The notes under the pieces are model-generated. The model saw only the letters and a list, made by a program, of their open reading frames with translations, was not told where the DNA came from and did no database searches. The position numbers were made by a program, and so were the translations under genes. 64,000 nucleotides of DNA from Candidatus Aenigmatarchaeota archaeon. GTDB lineage: Archaea > Aenigmatarchaeota > Aenigmatarchaeia > CG10238-14 > SpSt-28. The DNA lies in assembly GCA_039000985.1 (NCBI GenBank), contig JAWBMD010000001.1:32001-96000 (forward strand), given 5' to 3'. Shown here piece after piece: positions 60,207-64,000 of the stretch. Positions within the stretch are counted from its first letter, which is position 1. Every line of letters starts with the position of its first letter.

Positions 60207-61505
60207 ATGGGGATATATATAAAAACATATGGTTGCACTTCTAACAAATTCGATTCAGAAATAATGGCTGGTTTGTTAGCTAAAAATGGATTTAAATTGG
60301 CAAGTAATGAAAATGAAGCAGATATAATAATAGTTAATACATGTGCAGTAAAATCAACAACAGAGGAAAAAATAATTAGTTATTTAAGTAAATTAAGCAA
60401 TTCGAATAAAAAAGTAATAATAGCAGGTTGCTTACCAAGGGTAAATTTGGAAAGAATTAAAAAAGCAATACCAAATTACCATGCTATAATAGATGTTAAA
60501 AGCATAGATAAAATTGTTGATGCTGTAAAAATAGGCAGTGGTATAGAATTTTTTTCGGATAGTAAAACAGATAAACTTAGTTTACCAAGACAAAGTTTTA
60601 ACGAGGTAATAGATATAATAAAAATTTCTGAAGGTTGTTTATCAAATTGTACTTTTTGTGCTACTAAATTATCTAGGGGTAAATTAAATAGCTTTAGGCC
60701 AGAAAAAATAAGAAGTGCTTTGATTGAAGGATTAAAAAATGGTAAAAAGGAATTTTGGTTAACTTCAGAAGATTGTAGCGCTTATGGTAGAGATATTGGT
60801 ATAAATTTGATAGATCTTTTAAACTCTATAGCAAGAATTGATGGAAAATATTTTGTTAGGGTTGGGATGATGAATCCTTTGCATTTTAAAAAAATTGAAT
60901 TGAAAAATTTAGTGCAATCTTTTAAGAATGAAAAAATATTTAAGTTTTTGCATTTATGTGTTCAATCTTTTAGTGATAGAGTTTTGAAAGACATGAAAAG
61001 GGGTTATACTGTTAAAGATTTTTTAGAATATGTAAATGGATTTAGAAAAGAAATAAATGAAATTACGCTTGAAACTGATATAATAGTTGGCTATCCAACA
61101 GAAAGAGAAAGTGATTTTAAAAAAACTGTTAAGTTTATAAAAAAAGTGAAACCAGATATAGTTAATATATCTAGATTTTCAAAAAGAAGAGGAACAGAAG
61201 CATATAAATTAAAACAATTGCCAACTGAAGTTTGTAAGGAAAGAAGTAAAAAGCTTACTGAAATAGTTAAAAAAATAAGTTTGAAGAAAAATGAAAAATG
61301 GGTTGGTTGGGAAGGAATTTGTTTAGTTGATGAAATCGGTAAAAATAAAACTTATATAGCTAGAAATTATTGTTATAAGCCAATTGTTTTAAAAGCTAAT
61401 GAGAATTTAATTGGTAAATTTGTTGAAGTTAAAATAGATGGATATGGAGAAAGATATTTAGCTGGTTCTATTCTAAAACAACATATCTCCTCTGCTCCTG
61501 AATAA
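60207..61505 (+). CDS. tRNA t6A37 methylthiotransferase (MtaB/CDKAL1-like)
   Basis: TYGC..N..DSE, NTCAVK, GCL, SEGCLSNCTFC, VRVGMMNP, C-terminal TRAM domain. Confidence 0.92.
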   Translation: MGIYIKTYGCTSNKFDSEIMAGLLAKNGFKLASNENEADIIIVNTCAVKSTTEEKIISYLSKLSNSNKKVIIAGCLPRVNLERIKKAIPNYHAIIDVKSIDKIVDAVKIGSGIEFFSDSKTDKLSLPRQSFNEVIDIIKISEGCLSNCTFCATKLSRGKLNSFRPEKIRSALIEGLKNGKKEFWLTSEDCSAYGRDIGINLIDLLNSIARIDGKYFVRVGMMNPLHFKKIELKNLVQSFKNEKIFKFLHLCVQSFSDRVLKDMKRGYTVKDFLEYVNGFRKEINEITLETDIIVGYPTERESDFKKTVKFIKKVKPDIVNISRFSKRRGTEAYKLKQLPTEVCKERSKKLTEIVKKISLKKNEKWVGWEGICLVDEIGKNKTYIARNYCYKPIVLKANENLIGKFVEVKIDGYGERYLAGSILKQHISSAPE

Positions 61506-62766
61506 TTCTTCTCCTCCTTTCTTCAAGCTCCTTTATTTTGCTTTCCAATTCCAAAATTTTTGTTTCAATTGAATCTATTTTGCTTTTTAATGTTGATATT
61601 TCATCAATTTTTTTATTTAACTCTTCAATGCTTTTTGATTGAGAAGATAAGGCTGTTTCTAATGCTAAAATTGTATTTTTTAAATATTCAATTCTTTTCA
61701 CATCTTGAGTTTTAATAGAAGATTTAATTTTTTCAATTTCCTCATTAATTGTTGTTAATATGTTTTCAAAATCCTCAAGTTTAATTAATTTGTTTTCTGT
61801 TTCTTCAATTCTTCCTTTTATTTCGCTTAATTCTTTACTTGTATTTTCAATTTCTATCATTTTTATTTTTAGCTGATCAATTTCTTCAAGAGTTGAGGAA
61901 ATATCTTTTCTTGATTGGGATAAGTAGTCATATATTTTATTTATGTTAGATTTTACTTCAGATAATTCTTGGGTTAATGGGGTAATATCAAGTTTTTTCA
62001 TTCTTTCTTCGATTTCTTTACTTTTGTTTGTTAGATCTTCTTTAATTCCCATAAGTTCTCTAAGTTTTTCTTCATAATAGCTTGCAAAGTTTTCTAGACT
62101 GCTCTTTATTCTTGATAAGTCACTTTTATTTACTTCAAATTCTTTTGATAAAGTTTCTAGCTTTTCACTAAACTTTTCAATAAAAGCTACTTTATCTCTC
62201 AATTGTTCTATTAATCTTTCAATTTCCTCACCCCTTTTAATACTTTTTTTAATTTCAAATATATCTTCTATAACTTCTTTAAATTTTGTTTCTATTTTAG
62301 TAAAATTATTTATTACATTATCAATCGAAGTTTTATATTCAAGAAATTTAGCTTCCAAATTTCTTAAATCAGTTAATCTTTCATCCAAAACTTTTGCTAC
62401 AGTTTCCAATATATCACTTTTCTTTTCCTCTATAATTTTTTTAGTTTCTGAAATAGATTGCTCCAAAGCTCTCTTAGTTATAACTTCTTTAGATACTTCT
62501 ATTTGCTTTTCTAAATCTGAAAATTTAACATTAAACTTTAACAAGCTTTCTGATAAATCTTTCTCTAATATACTAACTCTTTCCAATGAATCTTTTAAGC
62601 TATTATATATTGTTTCTATTTTTTCAATATCCTCTTTAAGTTTTATAGGATCTATTTTTTCAGCTATTTCTCTAAAAAGTTTTTCTAATGTAGATAAACC
62701 AGCTTGCTCAACTAATATTAAATTTTCAAGCTTTTCTATTTGTTCTTTAATTTCTTCTTCTGGCAT
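61468..62766 (-). CDS. Long coiled-coil protein
   Basis: 432 aa of near-continuous E/K/L/I heptads with no TM. Confidence 0.75.
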   Translation of the reverse strand: MPEEEIKEQIEKLENLILVEQAGLSTLEKLFREIAEKIDPIKLKEDIEKIETIYNSLKDSLERVSILEKDLSESLLKFNVKFSDLEKQIEVSKEVITKRALEQSISETKKIIEEKKSDILETVAKVLDERLTDLRNLEAKFLEYKTSIDNVINNFTKIETKFKEVIEDIFEIKKSIKRGEEIERLIEQLRDKVAFIEKFSEKLETLSKEFEVNKSDLSRIKSSLENFASYYEEKLRELMGIKEDLTNKSKEIEERMKKLDITPLTQELSEVKSNINKIYDYLSQSRKDISSTLEEIDQLKIKMIEIENTSKELSEIKGRIEETENKLIKLEDFENILTTINEEIEKIKSSIKTQDVKRIEYLKNTILALETALSSQSKSIEELNKKIDEISTLKSKIDSIETKILELESKIKELEERRRRIIQEQRRYVVLE

Positions 62767-62805
62767 TTATTGCTATAATTTAATTTTTTCTTCAGGAAAT
62801 ATATT

Positions 62806-63087
62806 GTGAATAAATTGGAAAATTTAAAGGAGATCATAAGACATGAACTAATAGGTTTAAATGTTTTAGTTCATAGCTCTACAAATAAATATCAAAAAGG
62901 TATAAAGGGGGTTGTTATTGACGAAACTTATAATTTACTAATAATAGAAACTAAAAAAGGAATAAAAAAAGTTTTGAAAAAAGATTGCGTTTTTGTTTTT
63001 GATTTTAAAGGATATAAGGTTAAAGTAGATGGGAAATTATTGATTGGAAGACCAGTTGATAGGATAAAGAAAAAACTACCATGCTAA
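62806..63087 (+). CDS. rnp1: RNase P protein Rpp29 (Pop4)
   Basis: HELIGL, GIKGVVIDET.N, VDGKLLIGRP.DR. Confidence 0.93.
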   Translation: MNKLENLKEIIRHELIGLNVLVHSSTNKYQKGIKGVVIDETYNLLIIETKKGIKKVLKKDCVFVFDFKGYKVKVDGKLLIGRPVDRIKKKLPC

Positions 63088-63800
63088 TATTAGCTGGTTT
63101 AGGTTTATATGATGAGCTTGATATTACATTAAGGTTAATAGAGGAAAGTAAAAAGTGCGATGAAATTTATATTGAAGAATATACTGGCAATTGGAAAGGT
63201 AATTTAGAAAATTTGGAAAAAATTTTGAGTAAAAAAATTATAAAAGTTGAAAGAGATTTTTTAGAGGAGAAAAGTAGCTATTTAATAGAGGGAGCAAAAA
63301 CAAAAAATATAATGATATTGGTTCAGGGGGATCCTCTAGTTTTAACAACGCATTTTTCTTTAATTCTAGATTGCATGAAAAATAATGTTAAATATAAAGT
63401 TATACACAATTCTTCTATTGTTTCTGCTGTTGCAAAAACTGGATTACATATTCAAAAATTTGGCAGGATAGTTTCTTTACACAAAAAATTTGATACAATC
63501 TCAATAAAAAAATATATTGAGGAAAATAAAGCAGCTGGCTTACATACTTTATGTATTCTCGATTTGGATTTAAGTTTGAATGAAGCATTGGAAATTTTAG
63601 AAAAGCAAGATTGTTTAAAAAGTAATGAAAAAATTATTGTTTTAATTAATGTTGGTTCTGATAAAGAAAAAATTTTTGGTGGAACTATAGATGAGTTAAA
63701 AAAATTGAAAATAGAGGATAAGCTAGTTTCTTTAGTCATTCCCTCTACCGATTTACATTTTTTGGAGAAAGAGGCTTTAGAAAATTTAAACCTAAAATAA
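63081..63800 (+). CDS. dph5: Diphthine synthase Dph5
   Basis: GLGL...DIT, EEYT, GDPL..TTH, GL...KFG, GLHTLCILD. Confidence 0.92.
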   Translation: MLILAGLGLYDELDITLRLIEESKKCDEIYIEEYTGNWKGNLENLEKILSKKIIKVERDFLEEKSSYLIEGAKTKNIMILVQGDPLVLTTHFSLILDCMKNNVKYKVIHNSSIVSAVAKTGLHIQKFGRIVSLHKKFDTISIKKYIEENKAAGLHTLCILDLDLSLNEALEILEKQDCLKSNEKIIVLINVGSDKEKIFGGTIDELKKLKIEDKLVSLVIPSTDLHFLEKEALENLNLK

Positions 63801-63908
63801 ACTAAAAATTCATCCAAATTTTCTAGCATATTATAGAGTTTTTCTAACTAGAATCTTTTTATCTTGTTAACTATAGATTTTGTAGAAAATTTAGTAATAA
63901 GCTTTAAT

Positions 63909-63982
63909 TGGGGGTGGTGGGATTTGAACCCACAACTCGCCGGTCTTCAGCCGGTTGCTCTCCCGGGTTGAGCTACACCCCC
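63909..63982 (-). tRNA. tRNA-Phe(GAA), intronless, CCA not encoded
   Basis: GGGGGTG-TA-GCTC AACCCGGGA GAGC-A-ACCGG CTGAAGA CCGGC-GAGTT-GTGGG TTCAAAT CCCAC-CACCCCC-A. Confidence 0.94.
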
Positions 63983-64000
63983 ATTTAAAAAATTTACAAT

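Noticed and set aside
2876..63829. Many antisense or nested ORFs in the track (e.g. 3988-4557, 13665-14078, 15388-15870, 56674-57078, 63452-63829)
   Set aside because: They are shadows of well-supported genes, with the F/I/S/L-rich composition expected from the reverse strand of AT-rich coding DNA.
1..64000. CRISPR arrays, rRNA genes, IS transposases, integrases, recoded stop codons
   Set aside because: No regularly spaced repeats, long GC-rich RNA blocks or transposase/integrase motifs were seen, and conserved genes are full length under the standard code.

Overview
This is a very AT-rich, gene-dense archaeal window with frequent 1-4 nt gene overlaps and short leaders. Gene content and scattered ribosomal and RNA polymerase genes suggest a DPANN archaeon, possibly Aenigmarchaeota-like (inference). 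It carries translation and tRNA-modification genes, tRNA-Ala(GGC) and tRNA-Phe(GAA), two type IV pilus ATPase/TadC modules, several pilins and Cys-rich surface proteins, and an RtcB with a LAGLIDADG intein next to archease. The main finding is a co-oriented cluster at 21467-25276. It encodes a B-family DNA polymerase with Pol alpha/delta-like motifs and a C-terminal Zn finger resembling that of PolD DP2. Directly upstream are a catalytically dead DP1/B-subunit homologue and a small winged-helix protein, which together suggest a eukaryote-style multi-subunit PolB in an archaeon. The second finding is a 450-aa HTH plus putative nuclease ORF that sits between a TATA box and tRNA-Ala and takes its stop codon from the tRNA anticodon arm. 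All calls come from reading motifs by eye; no database searches were run.
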